Assembly: GCF_009914755.1 (NCBI RefSeq)
Contig: NC_060934.1
Length of the DNA stretch: 64,000 nucleotides
Source of the DNA: the human T2T-CHM13v2.0 reference genome, Homo sapiens
Reading direction: 5' to 3' (one strand)
This document shows positions 1 through 15,291 of the stretch, piece after piece; position 1 is the first letter of the stretch, and the number at the start of each line of letters is the position of its first letter. Both the position numbers and the translations under genes were made by a program. The notes under the pieces are model-generated. The model searched no databases and was not told the DNA's origin. It was given only the letters and a program-made list of their open reading frames with translations.

Positions 1-19
1 TAAAATAAAAATGCCTCTA

Positions 20-426
<407 letters not shown>

Positions 427-619
427 TCACTATGTTTAAGTTCTTTGGTTGCTCTACATGTAGTACCCCAGCACTTAAATTAAGGTCATGGCATTTAATT
501 TTAACACTAAGAAGCAAAATTGACTCTCCTATGCTAGCTGAAAAAGTGCTAAAAGTTTTTGTGTGCTCTAGATTTTGAAAAATTATTTGCCAGATAATAC
601 AGACAATATATTTTAACAG

Positions 620-729
620 ATGGAAAATCCCTCCTGGATAAGGGAGATAGCCCTGCTCAAGAATTGGTGAATTCTCTGCAGGTTTTTGAAACAGCAGCAG
701 CTTCAATGGATTCTGAGCTTCATCCCTTG
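620..729 (+). CDS. BTAF1: BTAF1 internal coding exon ((D)GKSLLDKGDSPAQELVNSLQVFETAAASMDSELHPL)
   Basis: ttttaacag acceptor, TTG|gtaact donor; 110 nt (2+108); joins in frame to LVQHLPH of the next exon. Not in the ORF track because it is short. Confidence 0.92.
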
Positions 730-1479
730 GTAACTAACTAATGCAAGTGTAATATTTCTTCAAATAAAACAAGTGGTCTTATTAAAAAGTCTTAAGGTTT
801 GAAAGGTACAGCTTTGATGTCATCCTTATTAATTGCATTTTTCTTTGCTGTGGTATAACTAGATTCCTCCTTTACTAACAGTGCAACTCCTGTGGGCTTT
901 GATGTAGACCAGGCTGCTTGAATTTAATAGAAAACCCAACCTGGAAGCTTAGAATGTGGGGGCATTGAGGAAAGGACTCTGATGACACAGGAGCCAGATG
1001 TAAATAGGAAAGAAAACTGCAGCCCTGTTCATCCAGATGATCCTAATAATACAGCTCCAAGAAAGGAAAAGCATATATAATGAAATCTGTTTCCTAGATA
1101 AGTACAAAGGTGAAAGGAGTCACCTGCCTAAGGTGAAGCTGGTCAGTGGCAAAGATAGAACACTGGTTTGGGATTTTTTTAAAAAACTATTAAAATGTTT
1201 CTTACAAAAGAATTAGGACAGAGGGAGGAGGAAAATAGAGAATTATCTGGTTTTTTTCATAGAAGAATATTATTCTTTTCATATCTCTGCAATAGGAAGC
1301 TGTCTGCAATTTACCCCATTTTGAAGGGTATTAGCCCAGTTCTCTATTGTTATTTAACACAAAAGGGAGAATCTATGAGAGGGTGGAGAAGAATGGATTT
1401 TTTTTTTTGTACATAGTAATAAAGTATGTCCTTTTACTTGTTAAAAGTTTTGCTGATTTACTGTTAGTAAAGAAAAGTA

Positions 1480-1807
<328 letters not shown>

Positions 1808-2453
1808 TTAATCTTCATAATTAGCAACATGCATTCAGCTGAACTGTAAGGCACATCAAACTGTTGAACAGATACCTGGCTCTCATCAGCATTAATTCTG
1901 GTGTTCCTTGTAGCAGACATTTAGTAAGGTGCTGTTGTGATGCTGTTGTGATTATAACACCTATGGTAAGCCAGGAAGCTACAGTGGACGATACCTACCA
2001 AAGTATGGTGCTAGAATAAAATCAGGAACACTCAAGCCACTGAATAAAAATTATGTACCTAAATCTAAATTAGTGCTACCAAATTTGGAGGGAGCTGGTG
2101 ATGTGTGGTGCTGTTTTCCAGCTTCAGTAGGAGAATCTTGCCAAGTACTTTTTGGTTTGTTTCCTGTTAATTTTGGAAAGAATTGAGTGTTCCTATATGC
2201 CTAAGAGATGATATGAGCAGAGCAGAGGTTCTATACCTTTTTTTCCCTTCTTTTTGAAAGAGTTGTAATACATTAATTTGTATTTGGATTAGTTTTCTAT
2301 TGAGAATGTTTTGGCAGTAATGTTTTGAAGTATTTGGAGATATTTTTAGAGTCACTTAGAATATTGAAAACTTTCCTGAGTATGGGCTATTATAGTTACA
2401 TATTAAACAGTATTTCCTAATAATTCTAATTGCCATTAACTTTTTGTTTTTAG

Positions 2454-2655
2454 TTGGTCCAGCATTTGCCACATCTTTATATGTGCCTTCAATACCCCAG
2501 TACTGCAGTGAGGCACATGGCTGCTCGTTGTGTAGGTGTCATGAGCAAAATAGCTACCATGGAAACAATGAATATTTTTTTGGAGAAGGTTCTTCCGTGG
2601 CTGGGAGCAATTGATGACAGTGTCAAACAAGAGGGTGCAATTGAAGCACTTGCCT
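2454..2655 (+). CDS. BTAF1: BTAF1 coding exon (LVQHLPHLYMCLQYPSTAVRHMAARC...EGAIEALA), HEAT-repeat region
   Basis: Pyrimidine tract + tag acceptor; donor is U12-type GTATCCTTT at 2656; 202 nt; overlaps ORF 2454..2717. Confidence 0.95.
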
Positions 2656-3685
2656 GTATCCTTTTTCATTTGACAAACTGTTCAGGAATTATATTCATTT
2701 CACTTAAGGATAATTAAAATGAAATTGATGTGTTCTAATATGCACATAAATAACCTGCCTTGTTCCAAAAAATACCTATTCTTTTTACATCTTATTTTGA
2801 AATATTTTTGTATTTTATTACAAATGTGTTACAAACTGATTTGCATTTTATGATAAAAATTTTCATGTGGAAAGTTTGGAAAATTGCTATTGATTTTAAA
2901 ACATCTTTTTAATAGGCAAAATAGTTTTATGTACTTTATGAACTATATGTCTAGTAAGTGATTTATTTGTTTATAATCAGTGTCTTATTAATCAGGTATT
3001 CTATAGGTAGTCCCTATGTTATAAACATTTTATGTTTTTAAAGTTTGTTCATTACTTGGGTTTACAAATGACCATATTATACTAGATAATTAGAAATATA
3101 CAGGCAAGCCCTTTGCTAAGGGTATGGCAGCAGCTAACATTCTTTAACTCAAAGTATCTGAAAGATATTTCACAGAGCTCAAAAGATGGATGAAGATCAA
3201 ATCAGTAGAAACTGGTTCAAAAATACTGAAGATTACAGGAGAACTGCGCTTACTAGGCTCACTATATCCTGCTGGTGATTGTCAAGATCCTGGTGGGAAA
3301 TTTGGAATTAATCTTTGAGTGACACTCAGTTATATTCCTTTACTTACAATGTGACTTATTTTATTTTGACATTGGAATTCCAGACGCTTGTAGCAATTTC
3401 TCTATGAAAAAAATCTTATTGGTAAAGCTTTCTCCAGCCTTCCTCAGAAGAAAAACATAATTTTATATTCCTAATCATGAGAAAGTTACATAATATTTTC
3501 CAAGGAGCAACAAAATGGGCAGATACTTTTATAATTGAATCATAGGCCTGGAGGGTCAGTCTTTTCCCTCATAATACAGATGAGAAAATGGTGAGCCTTT
3601 TAAAAAGTTAAAATCTTGGTATCAGTTTGTTTGTGAAAACATCTGTCTTGGAACCATTTCAAAATTTCCTTAATCACTTACTCAG
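2656..3685 (+). other. BTAF1: U12-type (minor spliceosome) GT-AG intron of BTAF1
   Basis: 5'ss GTATCCTTT; branch sequence TTCCTTAAT at 3666-3674 ending 11 nt before the intron end (CAG, 3683-3685); no long pyrimidine tract; T|GT rebuilds an in-frame Cys codon. Confidence 0.93.
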
Positions 3686-3834
3686 GTGTAATGGAACAAC
3701 TAGATGTTGGTATTGTTCCATATATTGTCCTTTTAGTTGTTCCTGTATTAGGAAGAATGAGTGATCAGACAGACAGTGTGAGATTCATGGCCACGCAGTG
3801 CTTTGCAACGCTAATTAGACTCATGCCACTTGAG
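3686..3834 (+). CDS. BTAF1: BTAF1 coding exon (VMEQLDVGIVPYIVLLVVPVLGRMSDQTDSVRFMATQCFATLIRLMPLE)
   Basis: cag acceptor, GAG|gtaagt donor; 149 nt; Mot1-like VVPVLGRMSD motif. Confidence 0.95.
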
Positions 3835-3908
3835 GTAAGTCAAAGATACTTGCTTTAAAGACATAATGTTTTCTATAACTTGATCCATAATAATTGTAAC
3901 CCTTTTTA

Positions 3909-4241
<333 letters not shown>

Positions 4242-4850
4242 TAACACTTGTTAAAGAACATGTCAGGCTAAAAAAAGAAGGCATTATTTCAAAAATGTTT
4301 ATATTACAATAATTAAGATTTTTAGGCTTTTAATTGGTACTTTTTTCCTTTAACACACAGAGTTTTAATTTAAGTAAAACAAGAAATCAGACACTATGAT
4401 TCCTAAAAAAAATTTACTAATGCTTTTCTAGAAATAGAATTGTTCCTAAGTTTTTCTGGTAACATCTAGGTGTAGACTGTGGGCTAAAGTTTAGGCAAAA
4501 GATAAATTTGAGAGATGGTAATTAAGACTGTAAAAAGCAAATGAGGTCTCTGTGGGAGTATGAAAAAGAAGACTAGAAGGATCATGTTGGAGTATTTCGG
4601 AGTACATTCATGGGGGCACAAATAATGTGTGGCCAATGCAGGAAACTGAAGTGGCTTGAAACACAGAAAGAGCCAGGAATAATTCAGGAAATAGTAGGTA
4701 TGGCATGTCATCCATGTTGTTAACATGTATAAGTACTTCCTTTTTATTGCTGAATTGTATTCCATTGTATGGACATACTGCATTTTGTTTATCCTGTCAC
4801 CAGTTGATGGATATTTGGATTGTTACCAGCTTTTATTAATAGTTATTATG

Positions 4851-5161
<311 letters not shown>

Positions 5162-5425
5162 TTAAGTTATTATGAATAATGCTGCTCTGCATTTATAAGT
5201 CTTTGCGTGGATGTGTGTTTTTATTTCTTTTGAGTAAATACTTAAGAATGAAATGCTGGATCATATGGTAAGTTTAATTTTTTTTATAAAACTGCCTTAT
5301 TGTTTTCCAAAGTAACTGTATCATTTGACATTCCTACCAGCAAAATAATGAGTTATAAATAGGATAGCCTCTTTGAAAAACAGTTTGGTTATATCTGGTA
5401 AAATTGAAGCTACCCAGCCTAATGA

Positions 5426-5772
<347 letters not shown>

Positions 5773-6639
5773 GAAGAATATAACATCATTTATAGTAGTC
5801 TGAAACTGAAAATCACCCACATAATCATGGATAGTAGATATGTAAATCATGTACTGTTATACTGCAAGAAGACAAACCACAGACACATACAGTAATATTC
5901 ATAAATCTTTAACATAGGATTCCTTTTTTATTAAATTCAAAAACAGGCAAAAGAAACTTGGTGATAAAGGTATAAAGAAAAATAAAGAAATTACCATAAA
6001 AGTCAGTGAAATCATTACCTCTTGAGGAAAGGAGAGAGAAGGTTATGATTGGGAAGGAGCATATGGGATCTTCTAGGGTGACTGCAGGGGTATTTTTCTT
6101 GATCTGGTTGTATAGATGTTTGTTTTATAATTTACTAAACTGTTTCTTAGATTATTTCTCTATATGTATATTTTACCTCACACTAAAAAAAGTGTGAAAA
6201 AAAATTACCACTGCAACAACAAAGATACTAGACCACAGTATCAAAATACCTAGGTGTCATTTCCAGAATTGTTTTCATCCTCTGCTTCCTAGATTTTAAC
6301 TCAGATTCTTTCAACTCCAAGATCTTCATCCCACCTTTAAACCAAATGGGTTGTACTTAGTCTCCTTGGCCCTTTCTTAGCTTTGGAATAAGTGAGCAGT
6401 GGGAAGCTATTATGTGTTCTTTAAACAAAGGAGATGATGACCGCAGTTTTTGTTTGTTTTTAAGGAAAATTAGTCTAACAGCTGAAAGTAGTATTTTAGG
6501 AAAATCAGTTTAATAGCCATTTGAATATGGATTAGAATTGAAAGTGCGCCAAAATAGAGCTCACATCCACTGTGAGGTGATAAAGGGTCTAAACTCTAAT
6601 GCTTAGCAGTAGTCTTTTGGGGTTTTCTTGGTTGTTTTT

Positions 6640-6959
<320 letters not shown>

Positions 6960-7059
6960 TGATAACAGATTGACAAAAGAGATTTTGAACTTTAGGTATT
7001 GAGAAAAGATTAGTAAGACTCACTTTGATAGTTGTGAAAATTACTAGAACATGATACAG

Positions 7060-8048
7060 ATTTTGCTTCTGGCCATGATGGAAAAACAGGCAACAGATTT
7101 ATCCTCCTGCCTTAACTAGAAAACCAGACAAAATGTACCAAACAGTGGTTTTCAGGCATTGGACAACAGGCAGCACTGGATAGTGAACCATGAGAGAAAC
7201 GAAACAAATGAAGTGCCCTAGCTTATTGTCTGGAGGCATAGCACAGAGAAGGGAAACCCAAAGAGAGCCCAGTAGTCTTGCTGAGCTGAAGAGTTAAGAC
7301 AGAATTAGCAAAACAGAGTACCTGAAGGTAGGTACTGCACAGACAGGAGGTAGCTGCACAGAGAGAAAGCTCCAGAGGTCCACAGGGGGGTTCTCCCAAG
7401 CCTTTGGCTGAGTATTCATCTGCATGTACTGTGACATCTTTGAGACTGGGGAAAGAGTCACTGTGGAAAGGAGTAGGTGGAGCAATTTCCAGACCTCACA
7501 CAGGGCTGGGAATAGTTTGTATTTCCACTAAGCAGAGTAAGAGTAACAAGACCTTCTACCATACTGAGCATCAAGTCCTTAGAAGCATATTGCCTCAGTA
7601 ATAGAGCCAAGTTAGCCCTTGACAAAAGGCTGATTTGGATCTTCCTTGATAAAGCTTAAAAGCAAGCCTTAACGGGTTCTAATTAATTTCAGCTAAACTA
7701 AATAGTTCCCAGAAAAAAAAGCCTCAACATATTTAAAGGAATAATTTAAAAAAAATACAGCACCCAACAACATAAAACTTCAGATGTTTGACATTCACCA
7801 AAAAATTACCACGCCCAAAAATATGTCCAGTAACTGGGGGAAAATACAGTCAACAGAAACAGTCCCTGAAGAGACCCAGATAATAGATAAGGACATTAAA
7901 ATATACTCCAAGGCTGAGTGCAGTAGTTCACCTCTGTAACACCAGCACTTTGGGAGGCCAAGGCAGGCGGATTCCTTGAGCTTAGGAGTTTGAAACCACC
8001 CTGGACAACATGGTGAAACCCTGTCTCAAAAAAAAAAAAAAAAAAACC

Positions 8049-8094
<46 letters not shown>

Positions 8095-8290
8095 CATATA
8101 TTCAAGGTAGAGGAGGAAAGCATGAGTGTGATGACGAGCACAATGAAAAATATAAGAATGACCCAAATTGAACTTCTAGAGATGAAAAATGCAGTTATAA
8201 ATAAAAACACACTGGATTGCATTAATAGCAGGTTAGACACTGTGGAAGAAAATATTAGTGAATTTGAAGATACATAGCAATAGAAACAAG
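7060..8290 (+). mobile_element. Old L1M 5'UTR/ORF1 fragment
   Basis: ttgcttctggccatgatgg start; aattgaacttctagagatgaaaaat...agcaggttagacactgtggaagaaaatattagtgaatttgaaga is ORF1-like. Confidence 0.6.
7912..8092 (+). mobile_element. Alu monomer followed by (TA)n(CA)n microsatellite
   Basis: Left-arm Alu, A tail, then tatata/cacaca at ~8049-8092. Confidence 0.8.
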
Positions 8291-8955
8291 AATGATGTCG
8301 TTTAAGTTCATTCCTGTTCCTCTTTATTTTGATTCTCTCTGTTAAGTCTTCATAGAAAAAATCATCTACTTTTCTGAAATGCATGTTGTCAAAGAATCTT
8401 GGAATGTCAACCAGTGATTTTTATAGAGGCTCTAATTCCCTGCACTGTTAGTAACTTTTGCTGATTTTTATGGACATTGGAGTGAGAAGGACACTCACGA
8501 GGGGTTGCTGGCACTGAAACAATATTCGTAACACTTGGGTTTAGGGTTTCATTGTTAGGGAATGGACCTAGTTATATGGCCCTGTGTCTTGTCATTTCTT
8601 AAAATTTCCATGAGGATAAATATATGAAGATTTTGGTATTTGTAAAGCGTTGTGCAGAAAGACTTTATTTTAATGATTATCATTATGTTGTTAGATGTTC
8701 TGAAATGTTAGTTTTTCTCTTAGCAGATAAAGTTAATTCCAATACCTTTGAAAATAGACTCAATCTACATACCTCACTGCCCTAATGCTATTTTTAGTGT
8801 TGTGTGGAATATATATTTTAATTAGATTTAATTGAAATTCTGTTTCCAGAATTTTAAATTTCTTAAGTTGAGAGACATCATAGGACAGTAGTTCTCAAAT
8901 TTTTTGGTCTCATTACTTTTTTAGTCTTTCATTTTTTATTAATAAAAAAAATGTG

Positions 8956-9249
<294 letters not shown>

Positions 9250-10332
9250 TTACGGCGTCCAACATGATGTTTTGAAACGTATCAGACCAATTAATATACC
9301 TTAGTTCATACAGTCATCATTTTTTTGGTGAAAACCCATTTAATTAAGTTTTAATCTTTTAGCAGCTTTCAAGTGTATTTATCATTAACTGTAGTCACCA
9401 TGCTGTACAGATCTACAGAATGTATTCATTCTATGTAAACTTTGTACCCTTTAACCAGCATCTATCCATTTCCCCTCAGTCCTCTCCCTTCCACGCACTA
9501 AGCACCTAGTAACCACTATTCTACTCTGCTTCCATGAGTTTGACATTTTAGATTTCCACATATAAGTGAGATCACATATTTGTCTTTCTGTGCCTGGCTG
9601 GTTTCCTTTAGCATAATGTCATCCAGGTTTATTCATGTTGTCACAAATGACAAAATTACCTTCTTAGAGGCTGAATAGTATCCAGTTATATATAGATACA
9701 CTACAGTTTCTTTATCCATTCATCACATAGACGAACACTTGGGTTGATTCCAAATCTCAGCTATTGTGAATAATGCTGCAATGAACACAGAAATACAGAT
9801 ATCTCTTCAATGTACTGATTTCATTTCCTTTGGATATATAACCAAAAGTGGGATTGCTAGATTATATGGTAGTTTTATTTTTAATTTTTTGAGTAACATC
9901 CATACTGTTTTCCATAATGCTGTACTAATTTACATTCCCACCAACAATACGCAAGGGTTCCTGTTTCTCCACATCTTCCTCCACACGTTTTGTCTTTTTA
10001 ATAATAGCTATTCTAACAGTTCTGAGGTAATATCTCATACCAGTTTTAATTTGTGTTTCCCTGATGATTTATGTTGAGCATTTTTTCATTTATCTGCTGG
10101 CCATTTGTATTTTTTTTTTAAGAAATACCTATTCAGGTCCTCTGCCCATTTTTACATCTTATTTTCTTTCTGTTGAGTTGAGTTCCTTTTATATTTTAGA
10201 TACTAACCTCTTATCAAGATTTATGGTTCGCAAATAATTTTTCCCATTCTGTTGGTTGTCTCTTCAGTCCGTTGATTGTCTCCTGTGCTATACAGAAAGC
10301 TTTTTAGTTTGATGCAGTCCTATTTGTCTATA

Positions 10333-10534
10333 TATGTTGAGTATCCTTTATCTGAAATGCTTGTGACTAGAAGTATTTAAGATTTCAGATTTTTGAATGT
10401 TTGCATTATACTTACCAGTTGAGCATCCCTAATCTGAAAATCTGAAATCTGAAATGCACCAATGAGCATTTCCTTCATTTGTAATGCTGGAAATAACAAT
10501 GTTTTAGATATTTGGATTTGGGATGCTCAACCTA
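10333..10534. mobile_element. Tigger4a/MER46-like MITE
   Basis: Terminal inverted repeats gttgagtatcc...ggatgctcaac. Confidence 0.7.
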
Positions 10535-10554
10535 TGTTTTGATTGTTTTGGGTT

Positions 10555-10849
10555 TTTGTTTTTGAGAAAAGGTCTCACTCTGTTGCCCAGGCTGGAGTGC
10601 AGTTGTATGATCATGGCTCACTGCAGCTTCGACCTCCTGGGCTCAAGTGATCTTTCCACCCCAGCCTCCCAAGTAGATGGGACTACAGGTGTGTGCCACC
10701 ATGCCCAGCTAACTTTATTTATTTTGTGTGGAGATGGGATCTCCCTCTGTTTACCCCGGGCTGGTCTTAAACTCCTGGGCTCAAGCAGTCCTCCTGCCTC
10801 AGTCTCCCAAAGTGCTGGGATTACAGGGGTGAACCACCATGACTGGCCT
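10555..10849 (-). mobile_element. Alu (J-like)
   Basis: Reverse Alu consensus. Confidence 0.85.
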
Positions 10850-11949
10850 GTATTTTGATTTTGTTTCCTGTGCTTTTGGAGTCATATCCAAAAAATTTGT
10901 CCAGACCAGTGTCAAAAAGGCTTTTTTCTTATTTTTTTCCAGTAATTTTATAGTTTCCAGTCTTACATTTAATTTTTTGATCGTGACCTGAGTTTTGAAC
11001 TTGGTGTAAGATACAAAGGTCCAGTTTCATTCTTCTGCATGTGAATATCCAGTTTTCCCAACACCATTTATTGAAGAGGCTGTCCTTTCCCCTTGTGTGT
11101 TCTTTTGTCAAAGATTAACTGTAAATGCATGCATTTATTTCTAGGCTCTCTAGTCTGTTCCATTGGTCTTTGCTGTTTTTATGCCAACATCATACAGTTT
11201 TGATTATTATACCTTTGTAGTATATTTTGAAATCAGGTAGCGTGATCCCTCCAGCTTTGTTCCTTTTGCTCAAGATTGCTTTGGCTATCTGGGGTTTTTG
11301 TGGTTCCACATGAGTTTTTTTTTTTGTTTGTTTTTATAGAAAGCTTATTCAGAGGGATAATAGAGAACCATATGAGTTTTAGGATTGCTTTTTCTATTTC
11401 TGTAAAAAATGCCACTGGAATTTTGGGGATTAGGGATCCTCTGCAATTTAGGGATTGCATCACATCTATAGATAGTTTTGGGTAGTATGGACATTTTAAC
11501 AATATTAGTTCTTCCAGTCCAAGAACATTTATTTTCCATATTTATGTCCATTTATTTGTGTCCCCAGCAGTTTCTTTCATTAATGTTCTATAGCTTTCAG
11601 TGTATAGATCTTTCACCTCCTTACATTTATTCCTATTTTATTTTTTGTTGCTATTGTAAATGGGATTGTTTTCTTGATTTCTTTTTTCACATAGATTGTT
11701 GTGTCAGGACCTTGTTACACTCTTAAAAATTGAAGACACCAAAGAGCTGTTGTTTATTATATTTTCTGTAATAGATACTAAAACTGGGAAATTTTTAAAT
11801 AATTCATTTAAATAACAAACCTACATGTTAACATAATTAACTTTTTTGATGAAAATAACTTTTCTAAAACAATGTGTTAGTGAGAAGAGTGACATTGCAT
11901 TATACTATTGCAGATCTTTTTTATGTCTGGTTTATGTTTTTGTTTTTTG

Positions 11950-12207
11950 GGTTTTTTTTTTTTCCTTGAAACAGGGTTTCACTCTGTCACCCAGGCTGGA
12001 GGACAGCAGCACAATCACAGCTCACTGCAGCCTCAGCCTCTCCTGGACTCAAGCGATCCTCCTGCCTTAACCTCCCAAGAAGCTGGGACTACAGTCCCAT
12101 GTCACCACACCTGGCTATTTTTTAAAATTTTTTGTAGAGATGGGGTCTTGCTATGTTACCCAGGCTGGTCTCAAACTCCTGGGCTCAATCCTCCACCACA
12201 CCCGGCC
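11950..12207 (-). mobile_element. Alu (J-like)
   Basis: Reverse Alu consensus. Confidence 0.85.
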
Positions 12208-13238
12208 AGTATTTCTGGTTTAATGGTAGATAACTGGATTCTCATGTTTGCTTGGCCATTCAGTCTGTTGCAATATGTTGTTTTGGCTCAGGGATATATA
12301 AAGGAAGTCCAGCCTCACAGAGATAGTTAGAAAAGGGAGCAATATTTTGACAGCCTTCTCAAATAATTGTGGATATTATTTTATCTGATAGCATACCAGA
12401 ACTCAAAAAGAGAAAGTTTGTTAAGTGTTATGTGCAATATAGAATCTAAATCCTATCAATGAATGTTTCATACTCTCTTACATTGAAATTCATTGGTTGT
12501 CTTACACTTTTGTGATCATGGTATCTCCCCTGCCAGGTAAGTATGTCTTATACTTTTGAATGGATCTTTTATTACCCATACATGTTTTGTAACATCATGC
12601 GTCAGTCATTTGGAAAATATTGGTTCATTGAGTTACGTAAATCTTCCACAGGTGGACACAATTCATTATATAATATTTTAAAAATCATGTTTATTATCAA
12701 CAGCATAAAATTGTTTTTATTGGAAACTGTCAGCTTCTCTTGAAAATATGAATTTTATCAGTGACAACAAGTTAATGTGAGTTGTTTTCCTTTAAGTGAC
12801 AAGTTCATTTTTGAGAAAATGTCAGCCAAATACCAAAGTCGGAATACCCACAGTTTATCAGTCCTTTCAAGTAAAATGTTGTTCCATTAAAAAATGGCTA
12901 TGTTAATATACTTTCTTTCTCCTGGGCACAGTTTGTCTAAAGAAAAGTAATAATTATTTTCTGGTGTTTCCAAGTTTAATACCCATAAATCTTTATTTTA
13001 AGAATATGAAACATCAACCACAAACAGAACATACAGTTAGTACATCCAGGATGGATATATAATATAAACACTACTGAGTTTGTCAAGGAAATTCTTGGAG
13101 TATTAAAGACTTCATATTTGGGTTTTTTTTTTTAAAATGGCTAGTTCAGCTCCTCAACAGATTGTACTTTGATAAGCAGCAGAATTCACAGTTTTTTTCC
13201 TCACAGAATGTTAAAAAAGACATGCATTAAAGGGTTGA

Positions 13239-13603
<365 letters not shown>

Positions 13604-14204
13604 TTATCAAGGACATTTTTAAGTAACACTGGCTATTTGAAAAAATGCTAATGTATAGTTCTAAGAAATATGACTACTAGCACATTTTGGTGCCATTGCC
13701 TTGATTCTTTCAGAGGTACACGCAGTTTTCTCCATGGTAACTTTTGTAACATCTACGCAGATATCAACATGGTGATTAAAAGCAAATAATGTTTTTCTTT
13801 TATTATGAAATAGTTGAAAAGGTCTTAGAGATCCATAGGGGTCGCGCAGACCACATTTTGAGAGCTAATACCCTAGGGTATCAGAACACTAAAATTGAGA
13901 AGTGCCAGTAATGGCATTTAATTCAAAATTAAACTATGCAACTTTATATGCCTCTTTATCAAATAATGCATAGTGTGGGAAAATGAAGTTGTAGATTATG
14001 GTCTTTCAGATATTCCATATGTATTTACTAGTAGACTAATTGTAGCACCTTTAATGCTTGTCAATTTCTTTAACCTGATTTGTCTTCAAGTCTTTGTACA
14101 ATTTTCAGAATTCTTTTTTCTGTGTGTTTGTTTTGTGTTTATTTGATCTAAGAATGAAAACTGTGAGTACGTAGTTTTTAATAACTTTAAAAAAATCATT
14201 TTAG

Positions 14205-14357
14205 GCAGGCATTCCAGACCCTCCAAACATGTCAGCAGAATTAATCCAATTGAAAGCCAAGGAGCGACACTTTTTGGAGCAATTGTTAGATGGGAAAAAA
14301 TTGGAAAATTATAAAATTCCAGTACCAATCAATGCTGAACTCAGAAAATATCAGCAG
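14205..14357 (+). CDS. BTAF1: BTAF1 coding exon (AGIPDPPNMSAELIQ...INAELRKYQQ), entry to ATPase (Q motif LRxYQ)
   Basis: ttttag acceptor, CAG|gtaagt donor; 153 nt in frame. Confidence 0.95.
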
Positions 14358-14434
14358 GTAAGTTTTATACAATAGTGAGTTTTCCTTTCAAATGAACCTT
14401 GAAGCGTTGTGGGTTTGTTGGGGGGGGGCTTTTG

Positions 14435-14732
<298 letters not shown>

Positions 14733-14911
14733 TAAAGCATTTTGTAAAATCGATTTAGTAAAATCTTGTGTTTAGTGTCTTATACCCATTTATTTCTCTT
14801 TTGCATATAGAAATATTTTTGTTTTGTGCAAACGTTGTTTATAAGAAAATGTTTTTATAAGAAAAAATAAATTTATGATGTATTCACATTTATGATTTTT
14901 CTCTCTATCAG

Positions 14912-15033
14912 GATGGTGTGAACTGGTTAGCATTTCTTAATAAGTATAAACTTCATGGAATTCTGTGTGATGACATGGGTTTAGGAAAAACTTTACAGTC
15001 CATCTGCATTCTAGCAGGAGATCATTGTCATAG
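14912..15033 (+). CDS. BTAF1: BTAF1 coding exon with Walker A ([29 protein letters not shown]...)
   Basis: SNF2 motif [13 protein letters not shown]; cag / gtaatt boundaries; 122 nt. Confidence 0.97.
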
Positions 15034-15123
15034 GTAATTTAAGATGTTATTTTAAAATAAGGTTTCCGGATTTGGAGAAATGTAAACAAGCTGGTTAATT
15101 TATTGTGTTTTGCTATTGTAAAG

Positions 15124-15291
15124 GGCCCAGGAATATGCAAGATCAAAATTAGCAGAATGTATGCCACTTCCTTCCTTAGTGGTTTGTCCGCCAACATTAA
15201 CAGGCCATTGGGTGGATGAAGTAGGTAAATTTTGCTCTAGAGAATATCTCAACCCGTTGCATTACACTGGACCTCCCACTGAAAGAATAAG
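15124..15291 (+). CDS. BTAF1: BTAF1 coding exon with motif Ia (...PSLVVCPPTLTGHWVDEVGKF...)
   Basis: aag / gtaaga boundaries; 168 nt; frame continuous. Confidence 0.95.

Noticed and set aside
3264-3272. ATATCCTGC as a second, AT-AC-type U12 donor inside the minor intron
   Set aside because: Departs from RTATCCTTT after position 7, and no matching upstream exon or branch/AC acceptor was found.
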